Source of the DNA: a virus
Taxonomy: Duplodnaviria > Caudoviricetes
DNA: 54,329 nt
Virus record (IMG/VR): IMGVR_UViG_3300020042_003373
Location: 1-54,329 of that record
Strand: one strand, 5' to 3'
This document shows positions 29,043 through 39,700 of this stretch, in pieces. Each line of letters opens with the position of its first letter. Positions within the stretch are counted from its first letter, which is position 1. The position numbers and the translations under genes were made by a program. The notes beneath the pieces were generated by a model. That model made no database searches. It was not told where the DNA came from and saw only the letters and a program-made list of their open reading frames with translations.

Positions 29043-32000
29043 GCCAAGGCCGCACAAGACTTCCTCTCGCGACTGATGATTGGGAACGGGTCTGGGGCGA
29101 CCAGCTTATTCGGGCAATCGACGATAACCTTGACGCTGCCTTTGCCAACGTGGCGGCTACGCCTACCGGCTCTGGAACTGTTACTAGCGTGGCCGTGTCT
29201 GGCGGCACGACAGGCATAACTACGTCTGGCGGCCCTATTACCACCTCTGGCACTATAACCCTTGGCGGCACCCTTAAAATTTCCAATGGTGGCACTGGCG
29301 CAACAACAGCGGGTACGGCGCTGACCGCCCTGGGGGCAGCGCCATTAGCTAGCCCGACCTTCACGGGAACTGTGACAATACCAGCGGGAGCAAGCATTTC
29401 TGGCTATGCGACTAGCGGCGCTAACAGCAGCATCACTAGCCTTAGCGGCCTAACCACTCCGTTAAGTTTGACTCAGGGCGGCACAGGCGCAACGAACGCC
29501 GCAGACGCCAGAACCAATCTTGGAATTACTGGCGGCGGCTCAGTGATTAGCGTGGATGTTTCTGGCGGAACAACTGGGCTGACCACAACTGGCGGCCCAA
29601 TTACAAATTCCGGCACCATCACCATTGGCGGAACGCTGGCTATTGCTAGCGGCGGCACTGGCGCAACAACGGCAGGAACTGCGCTGACTGCTCTTGGAGC
29701 AGCACCCTTGGCCAGCCCAGCCCTAACAGGAACGCCAACCTCAACCACGGCTGCGGTTGATACATCAACAACGCAAATTGCCACAACCGCATTTGTTACT
29801 GGGCAAGCTGCCAGTGTTGCCCCTCTAATTAACGGAACGGCTGCAACCGGAACCAGTCTTCGCTATGCGCGTCAGGACCACGTTCACCCTACCGATACGA
29901 CGCGCGCTCCTTTGGCCAGCCCGACATTCACTGGCACGGTAACCATCCCCGCAGGCGCGAGCATTGCTGGCTACGCCACAAGCGGCGCGAACTCTAACAT
30001 CACAAGCTTAACCGGACTGACCACGCCGCTAAGCATCTCGCAAGGCGGCACAGGCGCTACAAACGCGACTGATGCTAGGACCAACCTCGGCATCACTGGT
30101 GGTGGTTCAGTTACCAGCGTGGCCGTGTCTGGCGGCACGACAGGTCTGACCACCTCTGGTGGGCCAATCACCACCTCGGGCACCATAACTCTCGCAGGCA
30201 CCCTGGCCGCTTCCAATGGCGGGACAGGCGCGTCTACTCTGACTGCCAACAACGTCTTGCTGGGTAATGGCACAAGTGCTGTTCAGTTTGTTGCCCCTGG
30301 CACAACCGGCAACGTGCTGACATCTAACGGCACGACCTGGACATCAGCGGCTTCCGCAGCGCCCACTACCGGCACCGCTGGTTACGCCTTCACCGGAAAC
30401 GGGGCTTCGCCTGCCACCTTCCAGGGATTCTTGCAGTCCGGAACGGGAGCGACCACCCGCACTTGGCAGAATAAGGCGGCTGATTTTGTTAGCGTGAAGG
30501 ACTTTGGTGCGGTTGGTGATGGCACCACAAATGACAGAGCCGCTATTCAGGCTGCGTTGAACACGGGGAAGAACGTCTATCTGCCGCCGGGCAACTATCG
30601 CATTGCGTCTGGCTTGTCGATGGTTGCTAGCGGCCAGCGGATGTATGGGGAAGGCGGCTCTGGTTGGTTAACAGTCATTGAGTGGGATGGCGCTAGCGGA
30701 ACCAATGTCATTACCATTTCTGGTTTGCAGCACTGCATTATTGATTCAATCAACATCCGGCGCAAGCCCGGATCAACTACCGTAACAAGTGGTCACGCTG
30801 TTTCCTTTCAAGATAATGCTTATTTTTGCGAAGTTAGAAATTGCAAAATAACGCAAACTGGTAACGGCGTTTTAGTGGCTGGGACTGGCAATCAAGTTAC
30901 TAACTGCGAATTGCGTGAGTTTTCTGGTAATTATGGTATTAAATATTATGGAGAAACTTCTATTCTTCAAAGTTTTAGATGTGTAATTCAGCGCGTCGTT
31001 ATAGATAACGGTTTGTTTATTTCTGCAATTTCCAATGCTTCTTCGGCTGTCGTTACAACAATATTTAATCACGGGCTAACAACCGGCAACACTGTTTTAA
31101 TTGAAATCCCGCCTGCTGGGGGCATGCCTGGAGCCAATGGCACCTGGGCAATAACAGTTCTTAGTAGCACGACTTTTAGTATTCCTTATAACTCAACAAG
31201 TTCTTCTGCTTATACAGGAGGTGGTGTTGTAACCTCAACTGCAATTAGCTTTACTCATCTTATTTATGAGTCATACGCCCACAGTTTAATAGTTGAGTCT
31301 TCCGCATTTTTATGGGGAGGCACTGCTGTGCTTATGAACGACAGTGTTGGAGCGACCTATACCCAGGCGAACCATTCATTTCCAACATGGCTTCATGCTT
31401 TTGATTTAGAATGTGATCATCAATCAAATGATGCGATTCGTCTTTATGGTGGTGAAGGCTGCTTTATTACTACAAGCTGGATTGGTTCCAGTTACAATGC
31501 TAACGGTATTGTTACGGATGTTAATTGGCGCAGCGAACTTTTAGTCACCAATAGCCGCATTTACGCAAATGGTCAGTTTGGTATTTTGTTAAATATTGGT
31601 TTTGGTTCTTTTATAAATAACAACATTATTGCTTATAATTCTGTAAAATCTATAGGAAGTTATGCTGGGATTGGTGTTGGCTCTAATGTTTCTAAATTTT
31701 CTATTACAGGAAATAATATTACCAATGATACTTCGTTTATAAAGCCAGGAGGCGGCAGCAATCCGTTAGACCCAACCCAGGGTTGGGGAATTTTTATTGT
31801 TGGCGGCACAACAGATTATTATCAAATTGTTGGCAATGTAATAAACAATAATATTACAGCTAACATTTATGATGGAGCCACAAGCGCAACCAACAAAATA
31901 GTCCAAGACTACACTGTGAATGGCGGCGGCTTGAAGATGACCGGCAATTTGATTTCAGCAAGCATCGCCCCTTTGGCTGACAATATCTACCAGCTTGGCG

Positions 32001-32488
32001 CTAGCGGTGGGCGGTGGACGGCTGTTTGGGCAGTCAACGGAACCATTCAGACATCTGACCCTTCCCTCAAGACCAACATCTCCCCGCTGCCTTCGGCATT
32101 GCCCATCATCCAAGACATTGATCCTGTTACCTTCAAGTGGATATCAGGCGGTCTTGTGCCGGAGAAGAGGATCACCAGAAAGCAGTTGCCAATCCTGGGC
32201 ACCGAAGACTTCACTGAAGAAGATGTTGAAGAGACGGTCTACGTCGATAGACCCGGCAAGCGCACGCACTGGGGCTTCTTGGCGTCTGATGTGAAGGCCG
32301 CCTTCGACAAGACTGGCCTTGATTTCGGTGGGTATGTTAAGGACGAAGAAGGCACGGAACATCTTCGCCCAGACCAACTGATACCTGTGCTATGGAAGGC
32401 CGTCCAAGAACTTAAGTCAGAGTTTGACAGCTACAGAAAAGAGCATCCAGAAGCATCTCCTGTTGCTACAACGGAAGCGAAAATCTAA
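29039..32488 (+). CDS. Tailspike: fibre repeats + pectate-lyase-like beta-helix + S74-like chaperone
   Basis: SVKDFGAVGDG.T.DRAAIQAA...VYLPPGNY motif; Asn/Ile-rich beta-helix; TSDPSLKTNI...WGFLASDV...LIPVLWKAVQEL. Confidence 0.8.
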   Translation: MSQGRTRLPLATDDWERVWGDQLIRAIDDNLDAAFANVAATPTGSGTVTSVAVSGGTTGITTSGGPITTSGTITLGGTLKISNGGTGATTAGTALTALGAAPLASPTFTGTVTIPAGASISGYATSGANSSITSLSGLTTPLSLTQGGTGATNAADARTNLGITGGGSVISVDVSGGTTGLTTTGGPITNSGTITIGGTLAIASGGTGATTAGTALTALGAAPLASPALTGTPTSTTAAVDTSTTQIATTAFVTGQAASVAPLINGTAATGTSLRYARQDHVHPTDTTRAPLASPTFTGTVTIPAGASIAGYATSGANSNITSLTGLTTPLSISQGGTGATNATDARTNLGITGGGSVTSVAVSGGTTGLTTSGGPITTSGTITLAGTLAASNGGTGASTLTANNVLLGNGTSAVQFVAPGTTGNVLTSNGTTWTSAASAAPTTGTAGYAFTGNGASPATFQGFLQSGTGATTRTWQNKAADFVSVKDFGAVGDGTTNDRAAIQAALNTGKNVYLPPGNYRIASGLSMVASGQRMYGEGGSGWLTVIEWDGASGTNVITISGLQHCIIDSINIRRKPGSTTVTSGHAVSFQDNAYFCEVRNCKITQTGNGVLVAGTGNQVTNCELREFSGNYGIKYYGETSILQSFRCVIQRVVIDNGLFISAISNASSAVVTTIFNHGLTTGNTVLIEIPPAGGMPGANGTWAITVLSSTTFSIPYNSTSSSAYTGGGVVTSTAISFTHLIYESYAHSLIVESSAFLWGGTAVLMNDSVGATYTQANHSFPTWLHAFDLECDHQSNDAIRLYGGEGCFITTSWIGSSYNANGIVTDVNWRSELLVTNSRIYANGQFGILLNIGFGSFINNNIIAYNSVKSIGSYAGIGVGSNVSKFSITGNNITNDTSFIKPGGGSNPLDPTQGWGIFIVGGTTDYYQIVGNVINNNITANIYDGATSATNKIVQDYTVNGGGLKMTGNLISASIAPLADNIYQLGASGGRWTAVWAVNGTIQTSDPSLKTNISPLPSALPIIQDIDPVTFKWISGGLVPEKRITRKQLPILGTEDFTEEDVEETVYVDRPGKRTHWGFLASDVKAAFDKTGLDFGGYVKDEEGTEHLRPDQLIPVLWKAVQELKSEFDSYRKEHPEASPVATTEAKI

Positions 32489-32497
32489 GGAAACCCC

Positions 32498-33817
32498 ATG
32501 GACCGCGCAGTAAGACATCTAGCAAGCTATGGTCGCCATGGAGACGATACCCTCCTCCATGTGAGCCGCGCTGAGCTTGCTGGTATTCGCCAGCTAACCG
32601 GCAAGGGCTTCACCACAAACCCAGATACAGGGTTGCCCGAAGCTTTCAACTGGGCAAAGGCCATCCTGCCAGCTATCGCTGGTATCGGCATCACAGCCCT
32701 CACAGGCGGCCTTGGAGCGCCTGCCGCGCTGGCCGCTGCCGCTGGTGCCGCTGGCTCTGGTGCTGCCTCCTTCGGCATTGGCAAGGCCCAGGGCGAGTCT
32801 ACAAACCAAGCTTTGATGGGCGGCCTTATCTCTGGCGCGACTAGCTTTGCTGGTGGGCAATTGCTAAGCGGCGTTGGTGGGGCTGCTTCTGGCGCTGCCG
32901 GCGATGCTATTGGGCAAGGGACGACTGAGCTAGGCAAGGGCGCTTTGGATAACTTGACTCAAACCGGCGTTTCTATGGCTAAAGAGGCGGGGTCTATTGG
33001 CACTCCCACCGCAGCTCTATTTTCTGGCGCTCCAGGCTCTCTTGCCCCAGGCATAACGGATGCGGCGGCAGCAGCCGCGTCTCCCGCAACCGATCTTGCG
33101 TCAGGCGTTGGCCAAAGCTTTTCAAAGCTTGGCGATAGGTTCTCCAGCGCAGTGTCTAATCCAGGGACGACGATATCCCAGATCGGCACTAACATTCAAA
33201 AAAACCCCATGTCTGCGCTGATCACTGGCGCTGGCCTGTATAGCAGCGGAGCCACGCCAACCAGCCAGCCCAGAATTCCAAGGGAAGCGCCATACGACCC
33301 CAGCAAATACCCGGAAAGATTTCCGGCGCAGCAGCCGCGCTATACGCCAGACCCCGCTGGGTATGTCCCTGGCATCAGCCCTGAGCGCAATTACAACTTC
33401 GCCAAGGGCGGTCTTGCCTCTCTCCGTGGCGAGGAGGGCATGACGGCCAACATCGTGAATGAGGCTAAGGCAGCCCTGCTCAACGAACACCCCCGCCCCA
33501 AAGAAGCTCTGGCGCGGTTTGAAGGCATGTTCGGCGCTGATGCCCTCGGCATGCTGCGGGACAGGATAGCTGGCGGTCGCACCACTGGTCCTGGCAGCGG
33601 GATGGATGATCTTATCCCCGGCACCATTGAAGGGCGTCAGAAGGTGAGGCTGGCAGACGGCGAGTTCGTGGTGCCTGCCGATGTGGTTTCTGGCCTGGGC
33701 GACGGCTCTACAGATCACGGCGTTCGCCGCTTGCATGAGATGATGAACTCCGTCAGGAAGCAGAGGACGGGCAAGGAAACCCAGCCCAAATCCATCGGCG
33801 GAAAGATTACTCTGTGA
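32498..33817 (+). CDS. Putative internal virion / ejection protein
   Basis: GRHGDDTLLHVS...NPDTGLPEAF N-terminus, Gly/Ala hydrophobic stretch, FAKGG, and GPGSGMDD.IP...RLADGEFVVPADVV. Confidence 0.65.
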   Translation: MDRAVRHLASYGRHGDDTLLHVSRAELAGIRQLTGKGFTTNPDTGLPEAFNWAKAILPAIAGIGITALTGGLGAPAALAAAAGAAGSGAASFGIGKAQGESTNQALMGGLISGATSFAGGQLLSGVGGAASGAAGDAIGQGTTELGKGALDNLTQTGVSMAKEAGSIGTPTAALFSGAPGSLAPGITDAAAAAASPATDLASGVGQSFSKLGDRFSSAVSNPGTTISQIGTNIQKNPMSALITGAGLYSSGATPTSQPRIPREAPYDPSKYPERFPAQQPRYTPDPAGYVPGISPERNYNFAKGGLASLRGEEGMTANIVNEAKAALLNEHPRPKEALARFEGMFGADALGMLRDRIAGGRTTGPGSGMDDLIPGTIEGRQKVRLADGEFVVPADVVSGLGDGSTDHGVRRLHEMMNSVRKQRTGKETQPKSIGGKITL

Positions 33818-34227
33818 ACATCAGCTTCGTTCCTCCCAACCACATCAATGATGTCTGGGAGGCAGTCGAAGGATTTCTTGCCCCTGCCGTTAAGGTGACG
33901 AACGGCAGATACATGGTGGAAGACATTCACGCAGCAACGCGCAAAGGCGAGATGCAGCTTTGGATTGCTTTTACTGACGAAAAAGATATTATCGGCTGTG
34001 AAGTTACGGCAATCAGCGAGTATCCATCGCGCCGCTTTCTCACATCTTTGTTTACCGGGGGCAATGAACTGCGCTCCTGGCGTGATAAAATGATGCAAAT
34101 CCTTATGCGCTGGGCTGAAGATAACCAATGCAGCGGGATTGAGGGTTATGGTAGGGAGGGCTGGATCAAGATGCTCGAACCTTATGGTGTTAAGCGCGGT
34201 CTAGTCATGTTCGAGAAGGATTTGTAA
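33814..34227 (+). CDS. Putative GNAT-like protein of the ejection module
   Basis: MQLWIA...VT.I..YP....L...GG.....W...WA....C..IE..GR.GW..L; typical position before pilot proteins. Confidence 0.55.
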   Translation: MNISFVPPNHINDVWEAVEGFLAPAVKVTNGRYMVEDIHAATRKGEMQLWIAFTDEKDIIGCEVTAISEYPSRRFLTSLFTGGNELRSWRDKMMQILMRWAEDNQCSGIEGYGREGWIKMLEPYGVKRGLVMFEKDL

Positions 34228-34228
34228 G

Positions 34229-35200
34229 ATGGGCGGTAGCAGCGGCGGCGGCAGCGCGCCAACAACCTCAACGACCAACACGTCGAACCTTCCTGAATAC
34301 GCACGGCCATACTTCGAGCGGATGATGGGCCGCGCCGAAGAGGAAAGCAACAAACAGTACACGCCGTATCAAGGCCAGAGATTGGCCAATACCGCAGGTG
34401 ACACTGAGGCTGGGTACCAGAAGCTTCGTGATACAGCTGCGTATGGGGTACCAGAACTCTCAAGCGTCCAGGCCATCGCGAACCGCGCTCAAGGCGTTGG
34501 CTTTGATGCTGGTGGCTATAAGTCAAATGCCATTCAGCAAGACGCTTTCGGCCAGCAGCAGGCTGATCAATACATGTCTCCGTACATGGAGAATGTTATC
34601 GGTAGGCAGAAAGAAGCTGCGCTGCGAGACTACAATGAAGGTCGTCCTAGCCGCGACGCGCAGGCCATTCAGTCTGGGGCGTTTGGTGGATACCGAGACG
34701 CAATCCAGCGGGGTGTTGCCCAGCGTGGTCTAGCCAATCGCATGAACGACATCGATGCGTCTGGCAGGCAGCAGGCATACAACAATGCCCAGCAGCAATT
34801 CAACGCAGACAGACAAGCTTCAATGGGGGCGCAGACCACCTCGGAACAGCAGCGCCTTCAGGCCGCTCAGTACGGTCTGTCTGGTGCTGGCTTGGCCTTG
34901 CAGGCCGGTAAGGACATTGGCGCTTCCGGTATGCAGCGTCAGGGCAGCGAGCTTCAAATGGCCAATGCCCTACAGCAGCAAGGCTTGGCCCAACAGGGCT
35001 ACGCGCAGAAAGGTCTTGATATCGGCTACGAAGATTTCAACAGACAGATGGGCTTTGATAAAAATCAAATTGGCTATTTGTCTAGCATTCTTCGTGGCGT
35101 TCCAGTTCAGGCGTCTACAACCACAAGCAATTACTCCAATCCAAATCCCCTAGCCCAGCTTGGTGGACTTGGGATTGCTGGCTACAGTTTGCTGCGGTAG
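34229..35200 (+). CDS. Putative DNA ejection (pilot) protein
   Basis: MGGSSGGG..TT..LPEYA.PY, YMSPY..NV, GAFGG.R, Gln-rich coiled coil, GLG C-terminus. Confidence 0.65.
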   Translation: MGGSSGGGSAPTTSTTNTSNLPEYARPYFERMMGRAEEESNKQYTPYQGQRLANTAGDTEAGYQKLRDTAAYGVPELSSVQAIANRAQGVGFDAGGYKSNAIQQDAFGQQQADQYMSPYMENVIGRQKEAALRDYNEGRPSRDAQAIQSGAFGGYRDAIQRGVAQRGLANRMNDIDASGRQQAYNNAQQQFNADRQASMGAQTTSEQQRLQAAQYGLSGAGLALQAGKDIGASGMQRQGSELQMANALQQQGLAQQGYAQKGLDIGYEDFNRQMGFDKNQIGYLSSILRGVPVQASTTTSNYSNPNPLAQLGGLGIAGYSLLR

Positions 35201-35216
35201 TTGATAGGACAGACAG

Positions 35217-36722
35217 ATGAATCTCCTCAGCATCCAAGACGCTCTTAAGAACGCATCTGACCAGCAGCTAGTGCAGTTGATGCGGGCACCGGACAGCACA
35301 ACTCCGTCCTACTTGGTGGTGTCGGAACTCAACCGCCGCAAGCAGATGAGGATGAAGCAGGCTGAGCCGCCGAGCGGGACTGTTGCTGAAGACCTGACTA
35401 GCGAAGAAAACATGCAAGCCCCTATGGGGATTCGCAGCCTTCAGACGCCCGAGCCTGGGGATGAGGAGTATCGTCCAGAAGACGAAGCTGGCATTGAAGC
35501 CATGCGCGAGGGTGGCATTGTTCGGATGCAGGCTGGTGGACCGCCGCCTTCTGGTGAGCGGCTTCCTATGTTCCGTTCATTCAGCCCGCCACCAATGGCA
35601 GAGGCTGACAATTCCAGCCTTATGTCTACGGCGGAACAAGAGCTTCAGCGTTTGTACAGGTCCGACCCGTCAGCGCGCAGAAACCAAGCCCTCATTGATC
35701 AGACCGCCTCCACATACGGAGTTTCGGCAGATGCGCTGCGTGAGAGGCTTGGGATTGCGGCTCCAGTTACGCCTCCTCCCGCCACCACTCCTGCGGCTCC
35801 TCCTACCGCTGCCGCTACCACCACTCCTGCAACCACCGAAGGCAGGCCAACCCCAACCTCCGCTCAAACATTACCGCTCCCTCCAGAGCCTCCCCGTGGC
35901 GGCCCTCCCGCTAGCGGCGTCAGGACGCTAACACCCAGCGCGGCACCCGCCGCAGCCACTCCTGATGGATTGCCCACTCTCCAACAGAACATGGAGAGAA
36001 ACCTTGGAATGTTCCCTGGCATTCCCCAGGAACTGATGGACCGCATACGGGATTCCCGTACTAACGAAGGCGACCGCCGTAGAGAAGCGCAGAACATGGC
36101 GTTGCTTGAGGCTGGTCTTCGTATTGCTGGCTCCAACAATCCCAACTTCCTTGGGGCAATTGGTGAAGGCGCTACGCCCGCTGCTCAGACCTATGCCCAG
36201 CAGCTTGGCCAGATTCGTCAAGACCGACGCGCTGACATTCAGACCGATCTGGCGGTTGCCCAAGCTGATCTCCAGCGCCGTTACATGGCGGGTCAAATCA
36301 GTGCCGCTGAGTTGCAGCGTCAGACTCAAATGCTGATGTCAAGAGAAGAGCGTGCCGCTCGTCTTGAGGCGGCGCGTATTTCGGCAGGTAGTTCGGCAAA
36401 CGCCAATGAAATGGCAAACAGACGCCTTGACTTGACAGAACGCAATGCATTGGCGGCTCGGCAGCACACTGCCCGCATGAACGCCGTTAGAGATGTAAAC
36501 AAAGAAGTTGGCGACGTAATGAGCGACCCCATGCGCCGCGAAGCAATCAGGTCATCCTTGAGGCAGCCCGGTCAGCCAGCCCCCACAGACAATCAGATCA
36601 TGGCCGCCCTAAGGCGCGATGCTATGAACCGCATATTCCCTAGTTATGATCTTGAAATTCCAGCCCAAATAAGTGACACCGCTAGACCGGGAGCAACCGT
36701 ACAGTCGGGAGTTCCTCGCTAA
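35217..36722 (+). CDS. Putative DNA ejection protein
   Basis: ELNRRKQMR, MREGGIVRMQAGG, Pro/Thr linker, ALLEAGLRIAG..NFLGAIGEG. Confidence 0.6.
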   Translation: MNLLSIQDALKNASDQQLVQLMRAPDSTTPSYLVVSELNRRKQMRMKQAEPPSGTVAEDLTSEENMQAPMGIRSLQTPEPGDEEYRPEDEAGIEAMREGGIVRMQAGGPPPSGERLPMFRSFSPPPMAEADNSSLMSTAEQELQRLYRSDPSARRNQALIDQTASTYGVSADALRERLGIAAPVTPPPATTPAAPPTAAATTTPATTEGRPTPTSAQTLPLPPEPPRGGPPASGVRTLTPSAAPAAATPDGLPTLQQNMERNLGMFPGIPQELMDRIRDSRTNEGDRRREAQNMALLEAGLRIAGSNNPNFLGAIGEGATPAAQTYAQQLGQIRQDRRADIQTDLAVAQADLQRRYMAGQISAAELQRQTQMLMSREERAARLEAARISAGSSANANEMANRRLDLTERNALAARQHTARMNAVRDVNKEVGDVMSDPMRREAIRSSLRQPGQPAPTDNQIMAALRRDAMNRIFPSYDLEIPAQISDTARPGATVQSGVPR

Positions 36723-39700
36723 TGCCCTACTACGTTCGGCTGCCAGATAACAGGGACATTGAGTTTCCTGACAATTACCCGCGCGATGATGCCGTTCGTA
36801 TCGCTAGAGATATATTTCGGCAACCAATTGAACAGCCAGCCGTAGCAGCGCCTCCCGAAGAAAGGTCTTTGCTGGGTGGCGCTATAAGCCGTGGGTACAA
36901 CACACTTCAAAGCAACCTTGGCTCTGCCGCTGAAGGTGCTGGCAGCGTCCTTGGCATTGAGAGCTTACGCAACTACGGCGCTGAATCTCGTAGGAGAAAC
37001 CAGCAGGAAGCTGAACAGGCTCAACCAGCAGATCGTCGCGCCACCTTTGAGGATGCCAACTCCTTCGGTGGTTATGCTAGGGCAACAGGACAGGCGGTAG
37101 CAGAATCCCTCCCAGCTACCGGCCTTGGCCTTGCCGGTGGTGTTGCTGGTGGCATTGCTGGCGGTGCGCTTGGCAGCTTTCTTGGACCAGTTGGAACTGT
37201 CGCTGGCGCAACGGGAGGCAGAACTCTAGGCGCTTTCCTTGGTTCGTCATTGGCTTCTTTGCCCACGTTCTATGGCAGCAACCGTCAGCGTCAGATTGAA
37301 GAAAGCACACCAAGAGACGCGCAAGGCAGACCGACCGGCGAAGGCACAGTCAGCAGCGAAGCCGCCGCCTTTGGCGCTGCTGTACCCCAGGCGGCAATGG
37401 AGGGCGTCACCGACGTTCTCCTTGCTGGTCTTGGTAGGTTCTTCCGTGGCGGCGTTGAAGAGGTAGGCAAAGCATTCTTGCCGCGCGTTGCTCAAGGCAT
37501 TGGCGTTGGTGCTGCAAGTGAAGTTCCCACTGAGGTTCTTCAGCAGGCGCTAGAGCGCGCGCAGGCTGGCCTGGACCTTCAGTCCCCTGAAGCCTACCGG
37601 GAATACCGTGAAGCCACCATCGCGGCTATTGCTGCTGGTGGTACAATGGGTGGTGCCGTCAGCGGCGCGCTGGGCAGACGCCCTGCCCCAGCCACTGCGC
37701 GCGAACGGGAAGAAGAAGCTCCTCCCCAGCCCGGTCAAACGCCAGCGCCTGAAGCAGTGGCAGAGGGAGCGCCCGTCGAAGCTCCCGTGGTCCAGCCGTC
37801 AGAAGCCGCAGTTCCCAATGGTAATGAGGTGCCAACAGGCGGCGGCATTACGCCCGAGGCTGCCACCCCAATCACCGCGCCAGCACCCGTTCAGATGCCT
37901 GAGCAAGCCGCCCCCGAGATTGTTGAGGGGCAACCCCAGGCTCAGACCGCAGAGCCGTCAGCCGCGCCCGTAGCGCCTCCTGTTGCCCCTGTTGAACCCG
38001 CTCCGATTACTGGGTTCACAACCGCGCTAGGCAGCACATACGAGATTAATGAAGAGGGGCAAACAAGCCGCACCAAGAACTCTCCCGGTCGCGGCCAAGG
38101 CAAAACCTATGAACCGCACAATGTTCTCTTTGTTGACCCGGACGAAGCGCTAAACATTTTAGAAGATATGCGTGGCGGCGGTAACTATCGTTTTGTTGTA
38201 GATGATCCTGCCGGACCTCGCCCTATTGGGGTAGGTGAATCTATATCTGGTAAGCGCGTCGCTCTTGCGGTGTTCAACCAAGACGGAACATTTGATCGTT
38301 ATGTTCCGGCAAAGACTCAGCCTGCCGTTGGATTGTCACCTGTTGAACTTCGTTACGACACCAATGAAGCTGGCGAGGTTATGTCGAACCGCCACATTGG
38401 CAACGTCATCACTGAGGTTAGAGGAGCAGCGCCCGCTGAGCAATCCGCCCCAGTCCAGCCTGAGCCTGCCGCATCTGCCCAGCCTATGGCTGTTGCAGAA
38501 GGGGAAACTCGCAAGGCCATCTGGAATGGCCCAGACTACGACATGCCCGTCGATGTCTATCCTGATCCGCCAGAAGCAGCGCCGGACGGCACGCTATATT
38601 CTCGCGTGTCTTACGGTGGGCAAGATACTTATCTCCCAACCAACGACCTGAAGTTTAGCGAACCCGCGCCTGTTGAGGAGACAAGCAAGAAGCCCGCCGC
38701 CACAAGCCAGCCCATCTCTGTTTACTCAGAGGTGAAGAGGGGCAAGGACATCTTCCCGCCTGGGAATAAGCCAGTTAAAGCAGGCGCTCCCAAAGCAAAG
38801 ACAAAGTCCGCTGCCGCAAAGGGCGCGACTGGAGGTCTGCCTCCTATCGGTCAGCGCGTCCCGCCCGTAACGCAGATCATGGCTGACGGCACTGAGCTAC
38901 AGATCGAATACAATGTTGTAGCTAAGGCACTAAGCAAAAGATTTGGTCAGCTAGGCTGGAAGATTCAGCCATCCAAGATCGAACGGTTCTTCACGGTCTT
39001 TCAAGACCACATGTTGCCGGTCGCCAGGATGGTAGACAGCATCAAAGCCGCTGGCGGCAACGTCTTGCAGGCAATGAACACCTATGTTCAACAGGACTTG
39101 CTAAGCGGCAGAACTGCCGACATGCTAAAGCAGCGCAATGAAGGCATGTACCAAAGGCTGATCAACGGCATTGCTAACTCTAAGGTTGGCATGACCGACT
39201 TTGAGAACTACCTCTACGCTCGCCACGCTGAAGAGCGGAATAACTACATCGCCACCATCAATCCAGAAATGCCTGATGGCGGTTCCGGCATGAGCAATGC
39301 AAGGGCGAAAGAAGTCTTGGATGAGTTTGCTGGCGCAGGAAAAATTCCTGAGCTTGAGAAGCTTGCTGTAATGTTTGACGCAATCATTGCTGACACTAAC
39401 AAGCTGCGTTCCGAGTATGGCCTTACCCCAGACTTCTCAACAATGACTGTTGATTCTGAGGGCAAGCTTCTTCCAAACTATCAGAACTACGCCCCGCTCA
39501 AAGGCTTTGCTGATGAGAGCGTGGATGCAGATGAACCCATCAATGAGTTCCGCCCGAAGGGTAGCCGCATGCTTGGCGCTAAGGGGCGCGAAGACATGCA
39601 GGCCATGGGCCGCAAGCGCATGGCGGGCGATATCGTTGCCCATGCCATGATGCAGAACACCCAGGCCGTGGTGCGCTCTCAAAAGAATGCGGTGGGCCAA

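Noticed and set aside
16369-32488. Diversity-generating retroelement acting on tail genes
   Set aside because: No reverse transcriptase in the window, and the repeats differ at synonymous sites rather than specifically at adenines.
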